Source: a virus (lineage: Duplodnaviria; Heunggongvirae; Uroviricota; Caudoviricetes). From it: a DNA stretch of 64,000 bases. The position numbers and the translations under genes are program-made. The notes below the pieces were generated by a model. The model worked only from the letters and a program-made list of their open reading frames with translations. It did not search any database and was not told the origin of the DNA. Each line of letters begins with the position of its first letter. Position 1 is the stretch's first letter. Of the stretch, positions 20,340 through 32,500 are shown in pieces. The stretch lies in the IMG/VR virus record IMGVR_UViG_3300028888_000110; one strand, given 5' to 3'.

Positions 20340-21250
20340 AAATAAATTTTATATTTCAACTATCATATACTCATACAGCATATTTATTTTCTGTTTTATT
20401 ATTATAAGATTCACCAGTTCTACGGTTACACCAATGTAGTTTGGGCTCTCATTCATAAATAAAATTATTTTCTATCATTTGTATAATCTCTTCTTTTGTT
20501 GTCCAATCTCGAATATTAATACATTTGTATCCGTTATTTATAGCATAATGTGTTTTATCGTAGTGATACATTTTATTTTTCATATATTTATCTCAATATG
20601 GGGAATACGTCGAACTATGAAATGCGGATGGATTAACTTCTATTAAGATATTGTTTCAAATCGATATATCATAAGAAAATTTCCCCAATGGATACTCATA
20701 AGAAGGAGTGTATCAAAGAGTTTTTAACCAGTCTCACCAATATATATTAGTATCAGATAATGTTTTATGATTTTTTTCTCTGTCTCTATTTGCACATTGA
20801 ACACTGCAATAAGTAGAATTTATAGTCCTCCTAGGTTTAAATTCTTTTCAGCACATTTTACATTTATGAATTCAAATCCACCCTATCTCAGTTCTATATT
20901 TTTCATAACATTCTTTACTACAAAAGTTCTTTCACATATGCCTGCTATAATATCATTCTCAACAATATTTACACGCTTTCGATTTTAATGCGTGAGAGAT
21001 ATCTCTAGTGTATTTATGTAACCCCGAAAATCTCCTTTTTCAATCTCTATAATAATATTTTCATTTTATTACTTTTTTTATTTTTCAGCTTTCTTCGTAT
21101 CTTTTCTTATTAGAATTGACCTGTTTTTTATTTATTTCTATTTTATCTTCTTCATTTAGTCAATCATACCACTTATGCCAACTAGCTAATCTTTTCTCCT
21201 CTTGTTCTTTTGTAAAAGATTTACGCATATTAGACATATTTTTAGAGCGT
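20340..21250 (-). CDS. zinc-ribbon protein (about 300 aa; CKYCG..CSKEC, CKMCG..CSVQC)
   Basis: Continuous minus-strand frame under TGA=Gly. Two C-X2-C pairs. Function unknown, possibly a homing-endonuclease-like DNA-binding protein. Confidence 0.3.
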
Positions 21251-21775
21251 ATACTTTTGTTACACTCTGGACAATGCTTTGCTCTACTATCTCAAAAGAA
21301 CGTTTTTCAACAGATAGAACAAATCACATTTGGACACTTTCTTGACTAAGGCATAATTAATTATTAGAGATTAAAATCTAGTTTTAATATAATAATTTTT
21401 ATTTTATAATCAAGTCAAATATCCTTTACAAGAACATTTAGTTGTACCTCAATCTAGTTCGTGTCTCATATTATTCTAATACTCAATTTAAAGCGTTTTG
21501 TTTCTTTGCTAGTTGGTTTTGCCTAGCTCTATTTTTTCTAATCACAGCTCTCTTTTCAGAGAAGAGATTAGAATATGTTTTTCATTCTTCAGTTAATTGG
21601 TAAGTTCAAGGGATTAAGTTCCCATTTTTTACCTGCTGTTTATAAGCTATACGTTTTGCAACCTCTAATGGGAATCCCCTCTGTTGCAATTTCCAAACCT
21701 GTCTCGAAAATATATTTCTTGCCATAACTATCTGCTATATTATAAACGATTATACTTTTATATAAGGTTGGGTTG

Positions 21776-22860
21776 CTTTATCTAATCAGTATGTGGATTT
21801 TCAAGCATTAACCGTTGCATTAATATATGGGTTATTAACTGTAGGTCAATATACCGTTTGTTTTTTTTCCGCATCTAGTTGAGCTTTGGTTTTAATAATT
21901 TTTCAATTTTTATCGACTAAATTTCAAAATATATCATAATATTGTCATGAAGAACTACTTCACCCAGAGAGCCTAAGATTATTATATTCTATCAAATCTT
22001 TTGCAGCACTTTGAGCTATAGCATTATACATATCATTAGCCCTTTTGTATAATTCAATTATATATTGATTTGTTGTATCTCAATATTCTTGTCTAAGAGC
22101 GGACATATAATTAATTAAATTGCTTGCTATTTGCTGTTTAGCATTTATTTGTTGCTCCTTAGCTTGAACATATCTACCGAAGCTTTCATTATATGCAGCA
22201 TTCTGCTGTGCTCTGATAGCTCACAAACTGGCTCAGCTATGCACTCATTGAGCCGCTATATTCGCAGCTTGCCTACCTGCATCAGTGGCTAGATAATTTC
22301 ATAAATCATCATAATAGGCGTTAACTTCTTTTGTAAGTTCTCCATCAGGGCCAAACATTCTATTAATGTAGTCTCTTTGGTTTTGTATATCGCTAACCAA
22401 AGTATTATAAGTTTTTCAAGCTACATTTTGTAACCCTGTTTCATTTTGACTTATATAATTTAATAAAGCATCATATCAAGTTAGTGTATTGTTTGCAAAT
22501 TTTGAATACTTTCATAAATTATTAACTAAACTACCATAAGCGCTGGCCATAGCATTATCTCATTGATTAGCATAACCCTGCGCTTGGAACCCGTAAGTTT
22601 CTATATTGGGGAAATGGGTAGTTTTAGGGGATGATGTCGTCGAGGCTATTGTATTTGATGAGGTGCTTGTGGACACTCAAGGTACCCATTGTCTTTCCTC
22701 GACAATAGTCCCATCAGGTTCTCTAAACCCTCAAGTAACTACGTATCTTCAATCTGTTGTAGCGCCTGGCACTCGCTGTCTTTCTTCTACAATAGTCCCA
22801 TCAGGTTCTCTAAACCCTCAAGTAACTACGTATCTTCAGTTATTTATTGCCATATTTATA
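21776..22860 (-). CDS. virion/structural-like protein (about 360 aa) with a near-exact 84-bp in-frame tandem duplication at its N-terminus
   Basis: MAINN-[GRYVVTGGFRELDGTIVEERQRVPGATTD]-[GRYVVTGGFRELDGTIVEERQWVPGVS]... then Q/N/A-rich. Repeat copies at 22703-22751 and 22787-22835 (+ coordinates). Confidence 0.4.
22696..22838 (-). repeat. 84-bp tandem duplication (2 copies, 2 mismatches) inside CDS 21776-22860
   Basis: caatagtcccatcaggttctctaaaccctcaagtaactacgtatcttca is repeated with period 84. Also visible in the spurious + track ORFs 22606-22887 and 22689-22904. Confidence 0.7.
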
Positions 22861-23311
22861 ATTTTATATATTTTAAAAACTCGTTAGCTTGTTCTTTTAA
22901 TTGATTGTATTCTCTTATAGAATCTCTTACCATATTAGTTCAAGCTAATCTATTTTTTGTGTCACTATTAAACCAAGCTCTCATAATTCATCTTAACTGT
23001 GACATACGATTAACTATCGCGTTCCTCCTATCGGTTTCATCTTTATACTGTTGATATAATTTTTGGTTTTTGCTGATTGTTTTATCTATCTCCTTTTCTG
23101 CTTGTCTAATCTTTCTTTGAGCCCCCAAATTTCATTCTTGTGCTAGTTCCGCTGTAGTAATAGCTCGTTCTTTTGGTTCATGAGGCAAAACTCTACGCTT
23201 TACATTCAGCTCATAATTTATGTTTTGTTGTCATAACATATCTGAATTTTTTTTTGCTTCATCCAATAATGGGGTTAAGTCTCTATAAGAAAAAGTTTTA
23301 AGTTTTCCCAT
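22858..23311 (-). CDS. hypothetical protein (about 151 aa)
   Basis: MGKLKTFSYRDLTPLLDEAKKNSDMLGQQN...; its stop overlaps the next start. Confidence 0.35.
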
Positions 23312-23345
23312 ACTCTATTTATTTAGCTTATTAAAAAACTAAGGA

Positions 23346-24013
23346 GTGACTGTGACATCTATATCATATGAAGCTACACCAAACGAGTATGTTACAGTAG
23401 CGTTACCCTGGCTAGCTCAATCTATATGCAAAGCGGCTACTCAATTATCAAAATCTTCAATTATAGCTCTAACTTTATCTTCATCACTAGAAACAATATC
23501 TACATCTGCAATCACATGAGTTGCGTTACTTGGGTCATAAGTAAATGTTATACTCAAATCAGAAGTTCACTCTGTAAGAGTTAGTGTATTTGCGCTAGGT
23601 GCGTCAATAGCTGTAATAGGTACATATACTTCAAAGTTAGCCACTATAGTGATATCTGAAGTGACCTCGCTAGGCAAAGAACTTCCGCCAACTGTCCATC
23701 TTATGAATTTATATCCCGTCTCAGCAGTAGCTGTTATATCAGTAGTTCATATAGTCAGCACATTGTCAACGGTACTTATACTTGTGCCTTCTTCTACATC
23801 AAGAGTAGTCACATCAACTGTACCATATGTAACATCATTGGTAGTAATTGTAACTGTATATGTTGTAGGAGTTGGTGGAACCGGGCTAACATCGTCATCA
23901 CAAATACAATTAGCTTCGCGCCAGCATTTTAATGTACGACATTCACAATCTCCACATCATAGCATTTCTGCCTTGCGTTTTCTTAAAAAAGTTTTAAGTG
24001 CTCTCATAGCAAT
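23346..24013 (-). CDS. Thr/Val-rich beta-structural protein (about 222 aa), Ig-like virion component
   Basis: MRALKTFLRKRKAEMLGCGDCECRTLKCW... then TYTVTITTNDVTYGTVDVTTLDVEEGTSISTVDNVLTIGTTDITATAETGYKFIRW. Sits downstream of the late-promoter-like box. Confidence 0.4.
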
Positions 24014-24094
24014 TAAAATTAATTATTAAAATATTCCCCTATAAAAAAGTAAACCCACTCAAACGATACGGGGGATATTATTTGAGTGGGCTAT

Positions 24095-24160
24095 AGAGAA
24101 TTCACTTCTCTATATATAGATTATATTTTTTTAGCTTTTTGTTATAACTTTTTACATTAT
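24095..24160 (-). promoter_or_regulatory. late-promoter-like conserved box (copy 1 of 4): minus-strand AAAAGTTATAAC...ATATAATCTATATATAGAG
   Basis: The + strand reads CTCTATATATAGATTATATTTTTTTAGCTTTTTGTTATAACTTTTT. It is followed on the minus strand by hairpin CCCACTCAAA...TTTGAGTGGG plus a T-run, then the 24013 start. Confidence 0.45.
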
Positions 24161-24377
24161 TTTAGCTAAGATATTATCGTAGTCAAATTTCTCACCTCCT
24201 ATATATATGATAGGGAGGCTTGTAGAGTCTCAAATCTCTTCCTGGGTTGCTTGACTAATATCTTTCTCTTCAAATTCATATCCATTTTTCTCAGCCCGAG
24301 ATTGTAATGGATTTTTTATAAAGTGACATTTTACACACGTCTCAGATGAAATTAATTTTACATTAGGCATTTTGTGT

Positions 24378-24595
24378 AGAATATTTACGGATAAAATCTG
24401 AATTATTTATTTTATCTTCACTAAAGTAAACCCTAGATGCGAACTCGGATTTCTTACCTTCGTTATATCAGCTAAATGGACGTATGTAACCCATAACTCT
24501 TGTATACACTTCACAGGGGGTTCTTTGATAAGTTTTTCAATCACTTCACATAACTTCAACTGTTTCAATCTGTTTTGGCATTTTATTAATTAGGT
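24378..24595 (-). CDS. small protein (72 aa) carrying an anaerobic-RNR (NrdD) C-terminal glycyl-radical-like motif
   Basis: MPKQIETVEVMGSDGKTYQRTPCEVYTRVMGYIRPFSGYNEGKKSEFASRVYF is compared with the NrdD C-terminal signature R-V-C-G-Y-L...W-N-x-G-K-x-x-E...R. No full-length nrdD is nearby. Confidence 0.35.
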
Positions 24596-25034
24596 AATGG
24601 GGTAAAATTAAATTATTACATCGCTTCTATACCATTCATATGGGTCGTTAATATCTTTACTTGTGAGAGTTTCTATTAGCCATTCTCTCACATCTTTCCT
24701 CAAAGCTTTTGCGCTAATATCAACTGTTGTGAGTAGCTGTTCTGCTAACATCTTGTTAGCAAAAAGCGTATGGATAGCGCGATGATAATTGTCCTGTATT
24801 AGTTCTATATTTTTTCACACATTTGCTCAACCTTGACTACGAGGGAGTAGATGGTGACGGCTGTATGTCTTCTCTCTTGACATTCTTTTCTTGGTTTTGT
24901 TGAAATAAACACAGCATTTCGTAGCTACATTTTCGACAAGTTTTCTTCCATCATATTCATTGTCTGCATTTATCTTCTCATTCTTTATGGTATCTAAATT
25001 TCTCCATTATTGTTTTTTAAAAGGCTTAAAGTTT

Positions 25035-25725
25035 TCAAAACTTCTTTCATTTGTATTTTAATGTTCTCTCTACAGCATCTTCAATCGAATCGCATTGTTG
25101 TATGTTTTTATGGAGACTCGTAACAGGGACTTCTATTTCTCTTGCTAATTGGCTCATAGTGTCATAATGTTTTCCATTATAGTCCAGCCTACGATTGGGC
25201 CTTCTATTATTCCCCTGTTCTTGATTTGTTGCTCGTCTACAATTCTCTTTGCAATAATCTCAATTCACATCTATCCTATCTATCGTGGTATTCTGTTCTC
25301 AATATATCTTGCAATGCTCTTCGTAACTTTTATGCATATCATTATAAAACTCTAAAAAGCCGTTTCGTAAGCACTTGATTCATCTTCCTCCATAGTTTTT
25401 ATAAAAAGCCATTTTTGGATTATTACATCTAGTACATATTCCACTATAAATTCTAAACAAACGAGTTTTGGTCATTCAATGAATTGTATTCCTCGCCACA
25501 AAGGCAGGGGTATTATTCTTATACTGTACGCAAGCGCAGTTAGTAGATTTTCAATTAAATAGATTATCTCTACATACATATTTTTCCTTTCAGCATACAC
25601 ATCTACAAAGTTCATAAATTTTTAACTTTCATCTTTTACCGACAGGCTTTCTAATATGCTTTCCTAAAGCTGTTCGGTATCAAAATTTATCTCAGGCTTT
25701 TACTTCTCTATTTAACATAGTTATT
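25035..25725 (-). CDS. HNH_3-family homing endonuclease (about 230 aa), paralog of 28737-29450
   Basis: LFRIYSGICTRCNNPKMAFYKNYGGRGIKC...TTIDRIDVNGDYCKENCRRATNQEQ fits the YGGRGI...IDRID-N-GNY...NCRWAT-EQ HNH_3 pattern. Confidence 0.5.
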
Positions 25726-25806
25726 ATAGTTAGAGTATAAAACTTATTCTATGGGAGAGGATAATGCTCTAACCATTACCCTCAATTACGGCCGTCGCCA
25801 ACCATA

Positions 25807-26767
25807 CTAGTATTCAATAAACTTCATTTCAATATCGCTACTTCAATCATCTTTTAAATTAACTTCTACAATTCGTCATCAAATAACAGTACCTAAATTG
25901 AATCTTTTTGCAAGTAGATTTTGCTTTAAAAAACTTCAGACTAAAAATGAATGGATATTTCTGTAAGAAGCATACAATGCATCATGCCGATGTCAACTAG
26001 CAAAAATATCCGGCTGGTCTCTTGGGTCAATGTTTTCTATAAGCTTTTGCATATGATAACTTTTAGCATAAGCTTGAGACTTTCATCAATGATGTGCATT
26101 TATGTCCACTCCATTCAGCTTTATTCTAGCATCATAGAATCACATATCTATTATATCATCTCTAAGGTTGGCTATATTCTTGATTATATTAGCTCAGTTC
26201 TCTTTTAAAAAGCTTTCGTCATGATTGCCACCCAACATATAGGTTTTAACATCTCCATAATATGGATAATCATTCACCACTGTTTTTAACTGTTCGTCAT
26301 ATCCTACATTCTCTAGCTCATACATCTGTCATTTAAATACATGACCACTTCAATCCACTAAGTCTCAACAATGGATAAAAGCGTCTACTCAAGCTTCTCA
26401 AGCCTTCTTATAAAAATCATCTAGCTCCTTCTTTGCACTTTGTTTATTCCCAATATGAGTATCCCCTAAAAGGGCGAATTTTAAATGTCATCTATCATTT
26501 ATAATTTTCTCTATACTTTTAGAAGTATTCACCTGTAAATGATTTAATATATCTCTCAATTCTTCAGGGGAATAAGTCTTAACAAGTTCGGATTTTAATC
26601 TAGCATCTTTTTCTTCTTTGCTTTCTTTCTTTTGAGCTAGAGCCTCTGATAATTGTTTCCTATATTTAATAACACTATCAGCGCTAACTCACAATTGTCT
26701 AGCAACTTCTCTAGCAGACCCGTCAGCTGATTGAATCTGCTTAATAGTTTCATCATTTAGTTTCATT
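25807..26767 (-). CDS. metallophosphoesterase (calcineurin-like Ser/Thr phosphatase family), about 319 aa
   Basis: All MPP motifs are present: LLGDTHIG (D-x-H), GDLVDGSG (GDxxD-G, the Gly encoded by TGA), GGNHDE, HHG and GHRHD. Confidence 0.6.
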
Positions 26768-26799
26768 AATTGGTAGTGGGGGTAGGGGGTAAAACTATT

Positions 26800-27276
26800 T
26801 ATTCTTCTAGTTCTTTTTTCTCCTCTTCTTTATTAATTTCTGCATCAGTCTTATTTACTAAACTTTTCAAAAGCTTAGCAATTCAATTTAGAAGTAATTT
26901 AATACTATCTAGCTCGGGCAATTCTTCTTTGTAATTAATAGAATAGATATGTCCAATTATACTATATAATTCACTAAACACTATCATTCAAAGAATAGCA
27001 GTAATCAGTTCATCCATTCCTCACATTCAAGTCCACTTTAATCATCAAGCGACTACAAATGGGATAACCCATCTAGAAAGTTTTCTAATTAAGCCAGATT
27101 GCCATTTACTACTTTCAATCTTTTCTCATCTAACTTTGGCGGCGATGATTCCAAAAAAGAAATCCACTACTAATAAGACACTCATAACGAGGAGCCCCTC
27201 ACTAGAAATGGAAAAATAATCTAATATGCCTGCAACAGATAGTCCCCCAGCTAATCATATTAAGGCTCATTCTGTT
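26800..27276 (-). CDS. membrane protein (about 158 aa; multi-TM N-terminus, charged C-terminal tail), possible second holin/lysis regulator
   Basis: GLAGGLSVAGILDYF...VLLVVDFFFGIIAA...VIPFVVAGGLKW..; directly downstream of the peptidase gene. Confidence 0.35.
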
Positions 27277-27315
27277 TCTCACATATTAATATGTTAATTA
27301 TTTAAAATTGCAAAC

Positions 27316-27329
27316 CCCTAAATAGGGGC
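27316..27329 (-). terminator. rho-independent terminator after the peptidase gene
   Basis: CCCCTATTTAGGGG palindrome followed by TTTGCAATTTT on the minus strand. Confidence 0.45.
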
Positions 27330-27353
27330 GGAATCCCGTAGGAATTGTAATTC

Positions 27354-28300
27354 TATTTAGGGAGCTCCTCGTTCAGTTCAGGATAAAATTTTCTTACAGA
27401 GGCGCTATAAGCCTCAATTCATTTCTTTACTTCAGAATTTTCTTCTGAATAATATTTCTTTAATACCTTTAAAACTGCTAAATGAGCATTCTTTCTTTTT
27501 AAGTAATCAGCACTCTTTGCTTCGTCCTCTTTCATATAAAGCACTCGATATCTATAATTCCATTTCGACCCTAGTTGCTTCATTGTATCATATGAAACGT
27601 GAAATCTACATTTCAATTTCTTTTCATCATTAGCTCTCCAAGAGTTAACGAACCATAATCATTGCTTGTCCCATCCTACTAAAGCTATACAATGCGCTCA
27701 AGTTATATTTGTAGGAATTGTTTTTATCTGTCAGCTTAGCATCTCATTCCACATTTTGGCATTTCATTTAATAAGCCAAACTATAGGACATCATTGATAC
27801 AAATAACGTTTCATTTTATCCATTGCTACATCGTCGTGAGTCCATTCATCTGTAGCATAAGCATCAAATTTAGCTAAGCTTCAATTCTCCTTAACTAGGA
27901 TTCATTGCTTCAAAGCAGTACTTACGGCCTTTTCAACATAATCTCAACCATCGTAAGACGTAGTTGAGTGTCACATCTTACCCCACAAATCTTTCCAATC
28001 TGGAGTAATTATGTTGCTAGTTGTAGGCACTACTCATTTCTTCTTCACATTAAGGATTTGCACAGAATGTGTAGTCCCCATTGAAGTACAACTTCCAAGA
28101 GAACCTTGATTAGAAGTTTGGTATATCCACTTCCCTAAAGAATAACTCTCTGGTAGCTGAGTAGAATAATCTAATTTGATTGCCTCTCAAGCATCAAAGT
28201 CTGTTGCTTCAGCCATATCTTCTGGTAAACTTTTTGCACTTCAGAAGATTCTCTCTTCTTCTTTGGTTAATTTATTATTAGAAAACCAAGGTAGTTTCAT
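27354..28300 (-). CDS. papain-like (C1-type) cysteine peptidase, putative endolysin (315 aa)
   Basis: Catalytic triad contexts: QGSLGSCTSMG (Cys), GAHCIALVGWD (His), FVNSWRAN (Asn-Ser-Trp). Track ORF 27419-27616 is its C-terminal fragment. Located next to the holin-like gene. Confidence 0.55.
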
Positions 28301-28372
28301 AGTAAAAATTAATTTAAGACATAAAGAAACCTCTGGGTGGATAAATTGTCCACCCAGGGTGAAATTTATTAG

Positions 28373-28678
28373 CTTATTCTTTTTTAGACAAATCGTTTAG
28401 CTTCTCTCCTATACCTTTTATGATGTTCCACAAATCGTAGAAGATATTACTACCCGTTCAAAGAGTCAATCACAATAAGATTAACATTCCTGTATTAAGT
28501 TCTAGTCCTAAATAAGGAGCTACAGAGAATGAGGCTAATACTCAAAGGATAAAACTTACTGCAATACTAATTGTAGCATTAAATCTACCTGCGAACTTTT
28601 TGTAAGCTGGTTTAAGAAAATTTACAATAGATGTGATAACTGTAGCTATTGCTACAAAGTACAGTAAAAGGTTTGTCA
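28373..28678 (-). CDS. holin-like small membrane protein (about 101 aa, 2-3 TM)
   Basis: MTNLLLYFVAIATVITSIVNFL...ISIAVSFILGVLASFSVAPYLGLELNTGMLILLGLTLGT with a charged C-terminus. Lies immediately upstream of the peptidase gene. Confidence 0.45.
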
Positions 28679-28702
28679 TTTTTATAAAATCATTAAATAT
28701 AA

Positions 28703-28733
28703 AAAGTCTCTCTAATTAAAGAGAGACTTTTTG
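28703..28733. terminator. bidirectional rho-independent terminator
   Basis: AAAAGTCTCTCTaattaAAGAGAGACTTTTT. Confidence 0.6.
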
Positions 28734-28736
28734 ACA

Positions 28737-29450
28737 CTAGGCCGTAGCTGGTGTATAGTTTCTATTAATTGTAAATAACTTTTCTTTCGTTATTTGTCAA
28801 TTAATATAACTAGACAACCTTCTTCTAGCTCCCCTCGCTCATAAATGAGTAATCCTTTCAATGTCTTTAGCAGTATAAACTACTCAATCTATTTCTACAG
28901 TTAGCGGCAGCTTACGATGATATCATTTTTTCATTAAACTTTCTAAGCTAAGTCTTCAGGATAAATATTTAGATAGCCTGTCGCAGGCCACACTTTTTGA
29001 TATTCATAGCTCTTCTGAGAGTTTTAATCAGTCGTAAACTTTTCAATCTATTGTAACTGTATTTGTAATTGATTTATTAAAGTTTTGCTCATTTATCGTA
29101 GCCCGTCTACAATTATCCTTGCAATAATTTCCTAATGGGTTTATTCTATCTATAGTTGTATTCTTCTCTCAAAAAACTTTTATATGCTCTATGTAGTCAT
29201 CATACATATCGGCTTTAAAATCTTCAAAAGCTTTCCACTCACATTTTATTCACTTTCATCAATAAATGTGATAATATATATTTTTGGAGTTATTACATCT
29301 ACTAAGAATTCAATAATAAATCGAATAGAACCTAGAAGAAGAAAGTCAATGCTTCACCGCAACCCTACTAGGTTGGGTACATTTGCAAAATCATTTGCGT
29401 ACTTGTTTGCTTTCTACATAGGATACCTTTCAACATAAAGTACATTTCAT
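28737..29450 (-). CDS. HNH_3-family homing endonuclease (about 237 aa), paralog of 25035-25725
   Basis: RFYSIYYGILSRCNNSKNIYYHIYGGKGIKCEW...TTIDRINPLGNYCKDNCRRATINEQ, then a duplicated C-terminal DNA-binding repeat. Confidence 0.5.
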
Positions 29451-29519
29451 ATTAAGATAATTTCTTTTATGATTAGATACATATCTCTGTTGGATATCCC
29501 CTAAGAATTCTCTTCAATT

Positions 29520-32500
29520 TATTATTTCTCCCCTTTTAGGAAGAATACTATCACTCCTCATAACATATATTATATATATAAATTATGATTATATGATAGT
29601 ATTCTCAAGGTTAATTGCAACTATAAATGTCATTATATAATGTCTCTCTTTAATATTTTTTGTTTTTTTGTTTTAGTCTATTTTTATTTGTGCTGACAAT
29701 AGCAGCATAATAATTTCTTTCATCTCTACAATCCTCACAGATTGTTACTCCGGGTCTAATGTCTTTTCCACAAACCCTGCATTTTCAATTAGTTTGCATT
29801 GCGCCGATTTTAATAATAAAAAACAGCGCTGTAAAGTTTTATCTGTTGATTTCAAGAAAAAAGTCAAGTTAAATTTTATTTTTATCTAGAAATGTCAGTG
29901 GCAGTTAAATTATATTATATAAATCTGATTATGATATTCAGTAGTTAGCTTTCGTTAGGTTATAGTAGTCTGATATTTCTTGTGCCGTCCATATCTTATT
30001 TTCTAAGATTAAGTTACTCATTCATCATGCAAAAAATCTTGAAGCCACATTATCATGCTCATTTCATATATTCATTGTCGTAGGTGTAAATGAACTGAAA
30101 CTTGCTGTTCAAGTATAATTTTGGTCTAATCAATTTCATTTTAGGTATAGCTTCCTATCTCAGTTCTGGACTGTTGATACAAATAGTATCCATTGATTTT
30201 TGGTATAATTATTAGATATAGGTCAATCCCATATCGCATATCATCATGACGCAGCATAAAAGTTTATATACAAATTTCATCATTGTCTAGCATCTAGTAT
30301 CTTGCAATCATAGTTCGCCCCACTGTATATATTGTATAGCCATACACAAAAAGTTAAAGTTCAACTAAGGCTGAAAGGCGTTACCTGTATATGAGCAGAG
30401 CTACCATTAAAGTATCAACAATCTACTCATTGATATGTTCAGAATGTTACAGAAGTGTTAGTTGTACTCCTACTATTGCCACTTTGGTCAGTATATGTAT
30501 CTGTACTATTTAGTGGTAAATACAAAAGTGTATTAGTTCATGGTTGCCATCATCCTTTAGGTCGTACTTGCTTCTCTACCCCATTAGGTCGCATCATTAT
30601 TCTCTTTAGTTTGTATCACATCGGTTAAAGAAATGAAATAAATCTGATTAGTTCACATCTGGTCACTTTGTAAATGTTCAGCTTCATTGGTTAGTATAAA
30701 AAGTTGAATTTACAAGGTCGTATAATCAAATAACTCAATCTGATTTACGATAGCAAGGAATGAAATCACGTACAAGAGTATCGCTACTATCATAATATTT
30801 AGCAGAATATACTCTTAATCAAGGATGTGGCTCTGGATTACTTCAATATACATATTGAGCAAAGAGTGGACAATCTCAACTAAGATTTGTTGTATATGTT
30901 ATGTTAGATGTATATATAGAACTTCAATTTATCTTAATAAAAGCATTTCAACTTACCCAACTAAACTCTACATCATAATCTGTTCCTGTACTTCAACTTC
31001 CTGTTCCTCAGTTAGAATAATTATTTAAATATCAGTAATTCCAACCACCCCTTCTTACTCATCAGAAATATAATCTAGCTTGTCCTCAAGGAAGTCAGCT
31101 ATCAGGTCATAAGTATCCTCCTGTAATTCTACCTCAATTATCATTATCGCTAGATATACTATTTAATTTCGCTACAAAGTGGTATCAATTCTTTATCTGT
31201 AATCATATATTTAAATATTGAGTTCAAGAATTTTTGATATACTCTACCTCTTGATATGCACTAGGCAATCTTCATTCAGACACACTACAACTAGCAGTAA
31301 GTCCATTCACAGTAGTAGCTGTAATAGTACACTCTCATGGAGTTACGCAGCTTACTAATCATGTTGTATCTACTGTAGCCACTGATGTATCATCACTACT
31401 CCATGTTATAGAATGGTCTGATATAGTTGGCTCTATTGTGGCTGTGAGTTGCTCTGTCTGTCAGATAGTAGTCAGACTTATAGAGCTTTTATCTAAAACT
31501 ATACTCTCTGGAAACGGTATTCATATATAAGCATTCTGTAGTTCGTGTTCTTTCATTACATTTACTATTGGCATAGCTGTAAAGTTTAAATATAAATCTG
31601 ATTATAATCCATAGTTAGATTTAGTTAAATTGTAGTAGTCTGCTACCTCTTGTGCAGTTCGTGCCTTATTCTCTAGTATATATTGTGAATAGCATGTTCA
31701 AAGTGCCGTTCACCAATTCGTAGTTCCCACAATTATATAATTTATATAATGGTCTCAACTAGGAAGGTTTGTCCCTGTATCATTATATGTATTTTGAAAA
31801 ACTCAGTTTAGATATAGTGAATAATCATATCAAGAACTTGCAGGGGATACGGTACAAATAATATTTACCCAATTTCAATAATCAAATCAATAGTTTGTGT
31901 TTTTATTCCACACAACCCCTGAATTCATTGTAAAAGTTTCCATTCAAATATTATGCTGTGGGGAAGTGCTACCATTTATAAATCAACTTATTCAAGATAT
32001 ATAGTTTGAAGATGGCTTACTTTCTATATACATCCATACACTTACTGTGTACGGATTTGTAAATATACTATTTCATTGATATTGTGTATTATATCTTATT
32101 CAGGTTTTTATTGTGTTGTTTACATTTGTGTTTCTAGCACAATAAACATTATTATATGTCCCCAATGTAAATCCACTTGTTACAGTATAAGAATTTCAGC
32201 TTTGGTCTGTCGCTCAATATGTCTCATCAAACGGTATATACAACACAGTATTCTCTCATGGCTGCCACTCCTGTTTTTCTGTCCATAAATAAACTCACAT
32301 AACTAATTAAACATAAGAAATAAATCTAATTTCTTTTACACTGTTAAGTAAACTGTATTACTATCATACATACCTAGATTTCAGTAATCTGCCTCTGTTC
32401 AAGCCCAGATTTTCATTCAGCTTGTTAGGATATTTCAGCTTTGAGAACTTACTATTACATCTCATCCACTAGGTGCTTGCCATTCATATCCATTCGCTGT

